A stretch of 22,382 bases of DNA from NCBI GenBank assembly GCA_001724265.1, contig MEDY01000013.1, positions 124,001-146,382 on the forward strand, in the 5' to 3' direction. Source of the DNA: Rhizaria sp. SCN 62-66. Taxonomy: Eukaryota. Positions 13,166 through 22,095 of this stretch are shown one piece after another. The translations under genes and the position numbers were made by a program. Position 1 is the stretch's first letter; each line of letters starts with the position of its first letter. A model generated the notes under the pieces. That model was not told where the DNA came from. It did not search any database and was given only the letters and a program-made list of their open reading frames with translations.

Positions 13166-13693
13166 ATGGCGCTATACGACCTCATTAAGGCGTGCGTTCT
13201 CCTTGCCAACGCGTGTACGTAACAATTGCACTGCATTAAATGTGGACCTTTCTGTTAACTCGTTTTTGTGTCTCGTACTGTCGCTTGATCGCTCTCCTTG
13301 TGTTGACCTACCCTTCGTCTCGACTCTCTCTACACTCTTTCCTCCTGATTCCTTGTAACTCGCCCAGTGGCTATCATCAACCACCGCTTTCTGAAGCAGA
13401 TTGGCTGGGACAAGTCCGCGCAGCAAATCCCTAACGGCGGCGCTGCTTACAACGGCTTCGACGCTATGGGGATGGACGGCGGCATGGGCGTGAACGGCGG
13501 CTACATGCAACAGCAGCAGATGCAAATGCAGATGCAGCAGCAACAACAGCTGCTCGCCAACTCATCGGGCACCGACGGTGCCAAGGCGCGGCTCCAGTCG
13601 CTGCTAGGCGACCGCAACGTGAAGCTTATCCTTCAGGTCCCGTTGATCTTTGTCAATATCGTCTTCATCTTCTTCGAGCTCCTCCTCGGTTGA
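13166..13693 (+). CDS. YOS1: Yos1 / IER3IP1 family ER-Golgi membrane protein, 124 aa; exons 13166-13214, 13368-13693
   Basis: Spliced product MALYDLIKACVLLANALAIINHRFLKQIGW...GAKARLQSLL...LILQVPLIFVNIVFIFFELLLG matches the recalled Yos1 pattern (LLxxNAxAIxNxRFLxxIGW ... PLIxxNxxxIxxELLLG). Ends at TGA 13691-13693. Confidence 0.92.
13215..13367 (+). other. Spliceosomal intron (153 nt, phase 1) of YOS1
   Basis: Donor GCGT|GTACGTAACA, long C/T tract, acceptor CGCCCAG|TGGCT. T+TG makes Leu and restores the conserved NALAI motif. Confidence 0.9.
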
Positions 13694-14052
13694 AACACTC
13701 AACAAGCTTTATGTCCTGAACTTTTACGTTCTGATACTGCGTGACCTCATACGTGTAGCAGGCCACCACGATGTTGACTGCCCCTTACAAAGCATATTTG
13801 TTGGACTCTGTTAAGTCTCTATAGGGTCAGTCGATTCGTGCTATCAGCGGAAATACACGAAACCACATTTCATCTTACACTTACCGGTTAAGACGACTCA
13901 AGTCAAGCAAGTTACTTTATTCTGAGCTTATCGTCTTATCAGAATGTTATCTCATTATTTCACATCTTCTGACCTTCCTAAACTCATTATATCATGCACT
14001 CATCGCCGCCGCCGCTCACTACGATTACAATCACACTAAGCCAGCAACGATA

Positions 14053-16554
14053 TCAATCCCAATTCAACTGCCCCACCCGCATCATGCGCTTAAAGCGGTC
14101 CACCGTCGACGACGGCTTCACCTTGCACAACGCGTTAACCGCAGTCTCCACGCGCGCAGCGACCCATGACACGCAGTGCGGGTCCCCGTTCTTCGCCTTG
14201 TCCGCGGCCGCCGCCGCCGCCACCGCCGCCGCAGTCCCCGCCGCCTCCTCCGCGCGCCGTTGCGCGATAGCCTTGTTTTTCTTAATCGGTCGCTTGCCGG
14301 GAACGTGCTGCATCGCTCTGCGCTTTGCCGCGCTGGCCGCAGCCTCGGCCGCTGCGTTCGAGTAGTCGGGCGAGCGCGACCACGTCTGCTTCGCCAGCAT
14401 CGAGCTGTAGCTGCTGAAGTCGCTGTGCATCAGTGGCAGCCTGATAGACGACGCTGCGGTCAACTTGACGGGTACAGCGCTCTTGCCTTTACCCATGCCA
14501 GTGCGAGCAGCTTTTGACGTTAATGTTGACGTATTTGGTGGAGGAACGTAGAGCAACGATACGCTGTGGTAAAAGCACCAGCGACGAAACTCATACGAGC
14601 GTTGGTGCGGCGAACGGTCACACAGCAGCACCATGTCGTAATAGAGCATGTTATCATCATCGTCGCGGCTGCCCTCTGGCATCACTGACTCAAGCAACAC
14701 GCGCACGTGCTCGATGTGGCTCTGCGCTGTTGGATACGCGCTCTTACCGCACTGCAGCAACACGCGCGGCGGTGGCGGCGGCGATGCGTTCAACTCAGCG
14801 CTGTCGCGGACATCCCAGACCAACGCGCGGCCCAGCATGCTCCGGTCAGTTGCGAGCTTGCGGTTCAGCCGCTCCCGCTCCAGCGACGGCTTGACGGCCT
14901 TCTCTAGCGCACGCAACACCAGCGCTTTCGCATCACGCGGATCCAACTGCACAAGGGCGCGGCTTAACTTCCCGTCGTCCGCACTGCCGCTGGCACCGGT
15001 ACCGCGGATGCGGGCACTTGAAGCGGCGCTTGTGTTGGAGTAGCCGCGCTCGTCCTTTTCATCGTCCTCTTCAGCATCTGGCATGGCCGCGCTCTGGCCG
15101 CCACTCGACACGCTCTCTAAAGACTCACTCCTCTGGTTATTAGCGCTTGCCTTGCGCGGAGTCTTGCGCGCTGAGATTGGGCTGTAGTTAGAGTCAAAGT
15201 CCGAGTCATGGTTTACCGCCTTTGACGAGCGCTTCGCTGCTGGCAAGCGCTTTGCCACCGGTGCGGCGCGCTTTGCCGCCGTAAAAGTATGGGTCTCGGG
15301 CGTTGTTGCTGCGGTTAGCCCGGCGCCAGCGCTAAGAGTCTCCCAGAAAGTCTTCTCCTCGTGCGTGATGAAGTTATGGTTCGCAATCGCAATGCTCTAC
15401 TCGTCCTCGCAGTGGTGCCGCAATGCGCACGGCTGGAAGATCGCCATTCCCGACCGCACGGCGAACGCAGCCTCAACGTACGCGGTGTGCGCGGCGGCGC
15501 TGTAAGGGTTGCGGACAGCGAGGATGCGTGCAACATGTGCGTCAAGCTCTTTGGGTGACGGCGGCGGATACACCCACTTGGGCAGCTTCTGGAAGGCGAG
15601 CTAGTACTTATCTTTGGCCGTTCTGCTGCCCGCTGCGTTGCTCGTGCGCTCCGCGTGCTCGCTGTCACCGTCGTTGCCGCTGTTGTTGGCTTCGTTGTCG
15701 CTGCCGTCCGCGGTGCTATCGTCGCGGGCGCTCTTGCGCTTGCTCTTTGCAGAGCTTTCACCCTTGACAACAGTCTTAACTTCGATGCCGCGCTTGTCTT
15801 TTGCAGCACCGTTTGCTGCGGCGTGGCTGTTTGCGTTGCTTTGGGGCGCAATGGCAGCCTTGAGAATGCGGTCAATACCAGACACCCTCCCACTCTTGTC
15901 CACATCGAAGACAAGCGTGCGCGCGCTGCCGTCGCCAAGCATATCTTGCGGCATGCGTACAGTGCTCACAGCGGCCTTGCCTTCCGCGGTTACGTAGAGA
16001 CCGACCGAGTGTTGCTCCCAGCGCACGGCGTCTAACTGCTTCTGCTGCTGCGCGCGGATTGCGTTCCATTTCACTGGCAGCCGCGGATCGATGATGACTA
16101 ACCTAGGCCGCTTAGCGACGGTCACGGGGTTGTGCACGATCTCAGTGCCGACAACGATGCGGCTTGCGGGAGTATCGCCGTAGCAGTAACGCATGTAGTC
16201 GATGAACTCTGTGCCGGCTCCAAGCTTTACCTGACTGTACGAGTCCTCGTACTCAACCTTATCCTCGTCGTCGTCGTAGGACTCCTCGCCACCGTCATCG
16301 TCGCCTTCGAACTCGTCGTCGCCGGAGTCGTCGTCGTTGGCCTTGACGAATATACCGAGCAATGCAGCGAGTTGGGCGACCAACTCAACGTCGTTGTCAC
16401 CATCAGCGGAATCGGACCTCTTTGTTCCCTGGGCCTTGGCCTTGGCAGGCTGCTTCTTCGACGACTTCATGGGTCCCGCGGAACTTTTGTACTTGACAGG
16501 CGCCGCTGCCAACTTGATGTTGGTTGCCTTCTTTACTTTAAGTGAGCTCGACAT
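14053..16554 (-). CDS. ~833-aa protein resembling a catalytically dead pogo/Fot1-type (DDE_1) transposase derivative, with two in-frame TAGs (15601-15603, 15397-15399)
   Basis: ORFs 15601..16554 and 14053..15258 share a frame. The intervening sequence reads LAFQKLPKWVYPPPSPKELDAHVARILAVRNPY...RHHCEDE*SIAIANHNFITHEEKTFWETL with only TAG interruptions. DDE_1-like motifs occur in the expected order: PASRIVVGTE, SVGLYVTAEGKA, VLLCDRSPHQRSYEFRRWCFYHSVSLLYVPP, LPLMHSDF. Ends at TGA 14053-14055. Confidence 0.7.
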
Positions 16555-16913
16555 GCAATTCCTACAAGAATGTTGAGCAGCAACAAGTCGACCTCTGACG
16601 AGCTTTTGAACCAGGATTGGAACGATATCAATGAAAAGGAATCATTTTAAAAACAAATGAGAACATCGTCAATACATTGGCTAATTCGCATATGGTTTTA
16701 AACTAGGGTTCTTGTTCTGATGAGCAAATAAACTTGAAGTATCAACTGTATTACTGTGGCCTAGGTGGCCTCTCACATCAGTTAAGCCAGACCCGATGGT
16801 GCTCACAGTCCCCTAACAGCAGAAAAAAAAAAAAACTAGGTAAATCTCACAGCGCGCAAGAGTCGAAACTAAATAACACTCATGAATTATATGCACGCAA
16901 AATCTCTGATAAA

Positions 16914-18161
16914 TCAGCGCCATGTCACATTGTTTTGCGCTTCCAACGCGCCCTGCATCTCGCTCACAGTCACCAGCGCATCCCCTTCAAATCCGCTTAG
17001 CCCCGTGACAGCGCTGCTATAGCCCGTCACAGCCCGGGTCCCTGCCCCAGCTCCAAAGTAGCCTGTGCTCATAGCAAGGCCAGCGCGCGCGTGACGATCC
17101 TGCATCGCCCGCGCCAGCGACGCGCCCTGCACTCGCGCAGCCACTGCGGCCACATCAGTCACCTCGGTGATATTGCGGCTGTTATGACTCTTGTGACCGC
17201 GATCACCTTCAGTGGTGTTCTGACTGTGTGCGTGTGCGTGTTCGATGCGGCGAGCAGTAGCGTCGTCGTGTACGTGCGCGAGCGCTGTCAACGCAGCTGC
17301 GAGGTCTGCCCCCGTCACGAACCCAGCACCAGCGCCCGCAGCAGCAGCGGCAACGGCGGCAGATGCGGATGCCAGCGCTGCTGCAGAGGTGGACTTGTGC
17401 GGAAGCTGTGGGCCGAGCGAGCGCACAGCGGCGACGGCGGAAGCAGCGTGTGCGCGTGATAGCGCACTGCCTGGAGGCGCGCACAGTGGCAGCAAGCCAG
17501 TCGCGGTCGCAGTGAAAGAAGCTGATCCTGAAGCAGATGATCCTGAAGCAGATGATCCTGCCATAGCGCGGAGGCCTGAAGCAGGGGCAGAGAGCGCAAG
17601 AACTGACACATCGGGGTTGCGGCACAGCAGCGCAGGTGGAGGCAGCTCCGCAAGCGCGGCTGCTGCTGTGAGAGCTGCAGCGTCAGCGCTAGTGGATGAG
17701 CCAGACACAGATACAGCAGTAGAAACAGACACGATGTGTTTAGTGTAGCGACTATCGCAGGGAGTCAATAGAGGGTCGATAAACCCGCACGACGGGTGCT
17801 CGGCGGCAAACGCGCGGAGAGCGCGGCGGTCGATCAGCGGGACGTGCGTGAAAGACAAGGAACCGAGCATATACATGTAGTAGGCAATGACCAGCGTGAA
17901 GTCACGGAGCGGGAGCGCGACGTCCGATGCGTGGCTCACGCGAACAAAAGAGGCTGGACCGGAGATGTTAGCGGCGTTGTGGTACGACGCCAGCGACGCA
18001 AGGTCCCAGCGCTCAGTCTCTGGGATGACGGGGCCGAATATGTACGCCAGAGCAGCCCGCAAGCCGGCGTCGTCAAGGACGGAGTTGTGTGCGAACATGG
18101 TGAACGACTACGCCGCCAGCATGGCGTAGTCCTCGCGAAACAGCGTAGAAACCGTCTCCAT
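16914..18161 (-). CDS. Degenerate EF-hand protein (EFCAB11-like) with Ala/Ser-rich insertions, ~415 aa, one in-frame TAG at 18108-18110
   Basis: ATG at 18161 sits at the AT-rich/GC-rich boundary and reads METVSTLFREDYAMLAA*SFTMFAHNSVLDDAGLRAALAYIFG, in frame with ORF 16914..18098. Segments LRAALAYIFG, LPLRDFTLVI, GFVTGADLAAAL and DALVTVSEMQGAL resemble EF-hand loop/helix segments of EFCAB11 as I recall them. Ends at TGA 16914-16916. An alternative start at 18098 would avoid the TAG. Confidence 0.65.
17523..17560 (-). repeat. 15-bp tandem repeat (~2.5 copies) encoding GSSAS units
   Basis: + strand tgatcctgaagcaga tgatcctgaagcaga tgatcctg; protein AGSSASGSSASGSAS. Confidence 0.85.
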
Positions 18162-18553
18162 AATACAACAGAGTTATTTCTTTCGAATACACCAAGTATA
18201 TCTCTATAACGCAAAAGGCTAGAGTAGTAAATCAAATTTAGACAACGGCAGTCGGTGGCTGGAGACGTTGGCATCGGAGCTGTAACGGTCACCGTGGCCT
18301 ATGGAGCATCTAAAAGTCATTCATACTCGCCCAATTATCCGTCGTTGATATAACACGTACTTTGATCGAATTATAATTGCTTACATTAATATTTATCCTT
18401 TATTAAATCTCTTGAATTCTAGGTTTAGGCCTCCCAGTCGCCCCAGCTGCATCTGGGTGAGGATTCGAACGAACACCGACCGCACGCGTCTCTCGTCGCC
18501 GCTGCCCGGGCTCCCAACCCCAGCCGTTGCTCTTTATTCGGCGTTTCCCCGCA
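18162..18553. promoter_or_regulatory. Short divergent intergenic region (probable bidirectional promoter), EF-hand gene / FAM184
   Basis: Head-to-head start codons ~390 bp apart with an AT-rich core at ~18310-18420. Confidence 0.45.
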
Positions 18554-21500
18554 ATGAGCGCAACCGCCCGCGGCCCTGGTGCTCCTGCACCCGCCGCCGG
18601 TGGCGCGTCCGGCGCGTCCGGCGCTCCCTTAGCGTCTGCCTCACTGCTCCACAAGATGTCTAAGAAAATCGCCCAACTGACCAAGGTTGTACACTTGCTC
18701 AACACCAAGGCTGACGAGCACGAGTACACGCTGCAGTGCGTGCACGCGCAGCATGACGCTGAGCTCGACGCTGTCGTCCGCGACGCCAACACGCGTCTCT
18801 CCCAGCTCCGTTCTCGCCTGCAGTCCTACGCCGCGCGCGCCGACTCTGCTGCGGCGGCCGCGGGTGGGACGGCGGCCGACGTCGCGTCTCTGCGCGAGCT
18901 GCTCGACAAGACGCGCGCGCGCCACGAGGAAGAGAAGGCCGCCACTCTGCGCGAGCTGGCGGAGGTCCGTAAGCTCGCAGCCGACCGTGAGCGTGAACTC
19001 ACAGCAGGCGCAGAACGCGCAGCGCTGACTCTCAAGGGCGAAGTCGACGCCGCACGCGCGCAGTTTGCCGCCCGCCTTGCCTCGCTCCAACGCCTGGCCG
19101 AGGGCATGCAGAGCGACCACACGGCCGCGTTAGAGCGAGCACGCGTTCAGCATAGCGCAGACGCCGCCAAGGACGCGGCCCGCGCGCGCGACGAGGGGGG
19201 CGCCGAGGCGCGGCGTGAGGCCGAAGCCGCGATGCAATCGCTCCGCGACGAAGCCGCCGCCGCGCGCGCCGCGCAGGCCGCCGCGGCCGACGCGCAGAGG
19301 GCCGCCGCCGAGGCCGACGCGGCGGGAGCGCAATGGCGTGCGCGTATGGACTCCGAGCGCGCGCGTGCTGCCCGGGCCGAGAGCGCGCTGGACTCACTGC
19401 GTAACGACCACGAGTCTGCGCTGCGGGCGCTGCAGCAAAGCCTCGCGGCGGACGCCTCGGCCGCGGCCAGCAAGGCGCAGGCGGCCACGGCGCGCGCCGC
19501 GGAGGCCGAGGAGGCCCTGCGGGCGGCGCGGGCCGAGCTGGCGCAGGTCTCAGCGCAGCGCGACCGCTTACAGTCGGCGACGGGCGCAAACGCACACGAG
19601 TTCGAGAAGACTCGGCTCGCGCTCGAGGCGCAGACGCTGACGCTGCGCGGACAGGTCGAGGTCGCGGCGAAGCGCGCGCAGGAGCAGGAGGCCGCGATCA
19701 CGCGGCTGCTCACTGAGCGCGACGCCGCGCGCGCCGAGGCTGAGGCCGCGGGGGGCAAAGCGCGCACCGCGGCGGCCGAAGCAGCGGACGCCCTCGCCGC
19801 GGCCCGCGCGCGCGCCGCGACGGCCGAGAGCGAGCTCGAGCGCGCGCGTGCCGCCGCCAGCGAAGGCAGCGCCGCGGCGGGCGACGCCAAGGCGCGTATC
19901 CGCGACTTGCGCGAGGCTCTGTCCGCGGAGCAGACGCGCGCCGCCAGCCAGCGCGACGCCGCCGAGGCCGCAGGCAAGCGTGCTGTGACAGCCGAGACTG
20001 CGCTGGGCGAGCGGTCCGCGCAGCTGGCCGAGGCCGAGCAGACGCTCGAGCGCGAGCGACGGAAGGCCAAGGACCTCAAGAAGAAGCTTGACGCGGCGAC
20101 GGGCGATCGCGCCGCCGGCGCAGAGGCCGCCGCGCAGGAGCGGGACGCCGCGCAGCTGGAGCGCGACCAGTGGCGCCGCACCGCGGAAGAGCGCGCCACA
20201 GCGCTCGCCGCGGCTGAGAAGGCCGCCGCGGCCGCACGAGAGCGCGCGGATGCGCTGGCCGCTGAGCTGGCCGCCGCACAGACGGCCGCTGCGGAGGCAC
20301 AGGCTGCAGCGAGCGCGGCGGCCGCGAGCGCGCAGAGCGGCACCGCCAAGGCAAGCGAGGAGCGCGCCCAGCTCGAGCGCGAGCGCGCCGCAGCTGCGTC
20401 TGCGCTTGCGGCGGCCGAGCGCGCCCGCGCAGCCGCAGATGCCGATCTCACCGCCGTGCGCGCCGCGCTGGCCAGGGTTGAACAGGACCGCGCCGCCGCC
20501 GAGGCCGCACTGGCCGCACACGACGCGACTGCGGGCGACGAGGTCGCGCAGGCGCGCGCGGCGCTGGCGGACGAGAAGGACCGCGCCGCACGCACGCTCG
20601 CCGCCGCCAAGGCTGCGCACGAGGCGGCGCTGGAGCGCGCCCGGACCGAGGCCGCGGCCGCACTCGCGCGCACCCGCGGCGACGCTGAGGGCGAGAAGGC
20701 CGAGCTCGCGGCGCGAGCTGCACGGGAGCACGAGGCCGCGCTAGTGCAGCAGCAGCGGCTCGCGGCGGCCGAGGCTGCAGCGGCAGCGGAGAAGGCGCGC
20801 GCGAACGCGGCCGAGCAGCGTGCCTCTGGCGCTGAGGCCGAGCGCGAGCGGTTACTTACGGAGAAAGCTGCCGCGGACAAGGCGCACACGGCGGCGCTCG
20901 CGGCTGCAGCGGAGCAAGCGCGCGCCGCGGCCGAGGCTGCGGCGGCTGAGCTCGCCAAAGCACAGGGCGCATCTTCCACAGCGCTCTCTGACGCGCAGCG
21001 CGCTGCTGGTGTGGAGCTCGCGCGGATGCGTGCCGAGGCCGAGGCGGACGCGAGGGCGCGTGAGAGCGCGGCGCGCGCTGCCGGTGCGCAAGAGGCTCAG
21101 AGCGCGGCCGCCGCGGCCGCTGCGCAGGCCGCGGCCAGGACAGAGCGCGCCGCAGCGGCCGCGGCCGCCGAGCTCAAGGCCGCCCTCGCGCGCGCTGAGG
21201 CCGCGCAGCAGAGCGCCGAGAAGCGTGCGCAGAGCAAGACCGAGGAAGCGGACGCGCTGCAGACGCAAGTGCAGCGCATGACCGCCGCGATGCGCGACGC
21301 TGCCGAGGCCGCGGCGGCCGCGCTCGCGCGGGGCCGCGGCGACTGGGAACAGGAGCGCGCCGAGCTGCTGCGGCTGCAGAAGGCCGAGAGCGAGGCACTC
21401 GCAGTCGACAGCGCACAGCGCACTGCGACGGTGCAGATGGAGCTTGACCGGCTCTCGCAGGAGTGGGCCGCTGCGCGCGCCGAGCTCGAGGCTGCGTTGC

Positions 21501-21877
21501 GTGAGGCGCAAGAGCTGTACGCGCGCCGCGAGTCGCGCGCGGAAGACATTGCCGCCATCGCACGGCTCAAGGCTGAAGCGTTCGCGCTTGAGCAGCAACG
21601 CGCGAAGGCGCTTGAGGACCTTAAGTTCTACAAGCTCGAGCTGCTGAACCGCGAGGAGAACTTCAACAAGAACTTCTCTGGTGGCGTGCGCCCGTCGATC
21701 GGGCTCGTCAACCCACTTACGACGGCGGGCGCTGCTGGCACCGCTGCCGGTGGTGGCGCCAAGAAGGGCGGTGCGGCCGGCGGTGTCGGTTACCAGGGCC
21801 AGTTCGGCGTCGGTGGAGCGCAGATGGTTGTTGCCGCGCCCGGAGCGCCACCCTTCGGCGCGCCGAAGAAGCGCTGA
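18554..21877 (+). CDS. FAM184: FAM184A/B-family coiled-coil protein, ~1,107 aa, intronless
   Basis: N-terminal KMSKKIAQLTKVVHLLNTKADEHE and C-terminal LKFYKLELLNREENFNKNF match the two conserved FAM184 blocks as I recall them (KMSKKIAQLTKVIYALNTKNDEHE; KFYQLELVNRETNFNKVF). Ala/Glu/Arg-rich heptads lie between. First ATG at 18554; ends at TGA 21875-21877. Confidence 0.9.
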   Translation: MSATARGPGAPAPAAGGASGASGAPLASASLLHKMSKKIAQLTKVVHLLNTKADEHEYTLQCVHAQHDAELDAVVRDANTRLSQLRSRLQSYAARADSAAAAAGGTAADVASLRELLDKTRARHEEEKAATLRELAEVRKLAADRERELTAGAERAALTLKGEVDAARAQFAARLASLQRLAEGMQSDHTAALERARVQHSADAAKDAARARDEGGAEARREAEAAMQSLRDEAAAARAAQAAAADAQRAAAEADAAGAQWRARMDSERARAARAESALDSLRNDHESALRALQQSLAADASAAASKAQAATARAAEAEEALRAARAELAQVSAQRDRLQSATGANAHEFEKTRLALEAQTLTLRGQVEVAAKRAQEQEAAITRLLTERDAARAEAEAAGGKARTAAAEAADALAAARARAATAESELERARAAASEGSAAAGDAKARIRDLREALSAEQTRAASQRDAAEAAGKRAVTAETALGERSAQLAEAEQTLERERRKAKDLKKKLDAATGDRAAGAEAAAQERDAAQLERDQWRRTAEERATALAAAEKAAAAARERADALAAELAAAQTAAAEAQAAASAAAASAQSGTAKASEERAQLERERAAAASALAAAERARAAADADLTAVRAALARVEQDRAAAEAALAAHDATAGDEVAQARAALADEKDRAARTLAAAKAAHEAALERARTEAAAALARTRGDAEGEKAELAARAAREHEAALVQQQRLAAAEAAAAAEKARANAAEQRASGAEAERERLLTEKAAADKAHTAALAAAAEQARAAAEAAAAELAKAQGASSTALSDAQRAAGVELARMRAEAEADARARESAARAAGAQEAQSAAAAAAAQAAARTERAAAAAAAELKAALARAEAAQQSAEKRAQSKTEEADALQTQVQRMTAAMRDAAEAAAAALARGRGDWEQERAELLRLQKAESEALAVDSAQRTATVQMELDRLSQEWAAARAELEAALREAQELYARRESRAEDIAAIARLKAEAFALEQQRAKALEDLKFYKLELLNREENFNKNFSGGVRPSIGLVNPLTTAGAAGTAAGGGAKKGGAAGGVGYQGQFGVGGAQMVVAAPGAPPFGAPKKR

Positions 21878-22095
21878 AGAAGTGCTTTAGCGTTGACAAC
21901 CAAGAGTCTTCGCTGCTCTGTTACTTATTATTATAAAACTATATGCGTTACTTTAGCTTGTGCATACAGGGCCAAGAGCTTTTTTGTAGCAATCAATAAA
22001 TTCTAATTGTATTAATTTAGTAAGCTTACAATGTAACTCTGGAAATCGGTATAATTGAAATAACAACTGTTAAAACTCTTACTATCTACTGTAAC

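Noticed and set aside
4276-18110. Ciliate-type code (TAA and TAG both Gln), pyrrolysine, or programmed readthrough as the explanation for the TAGs
   Set aside because: TAA ends the gene at 6151 at a clear coding/AT-rich boundary and was never seen internally. Pyrrolysine is not known in eukaryotes. The four TAGs share no 3' readthrough context.
18450-18500. GTTCGAATCC on the - strand, resembling a tRNA T-loop/B box (a candidate suppressor tRNA-CUA)
   Set aside because: The flanking bases do not form the 5-bp T-stem, and I could not build an acceptor stem or anticodon arm.
19147-21598. Long antisense ORFs (610, 387 and 248 aa) opposite FAM184; similar shadow ORFs at 7415-8623, 11064-11837 and 275-946
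   Set aside because: Expected shadows of GC-rich, Ala-codon-rich genes; low-complexity S/A/R translations with no motifs.
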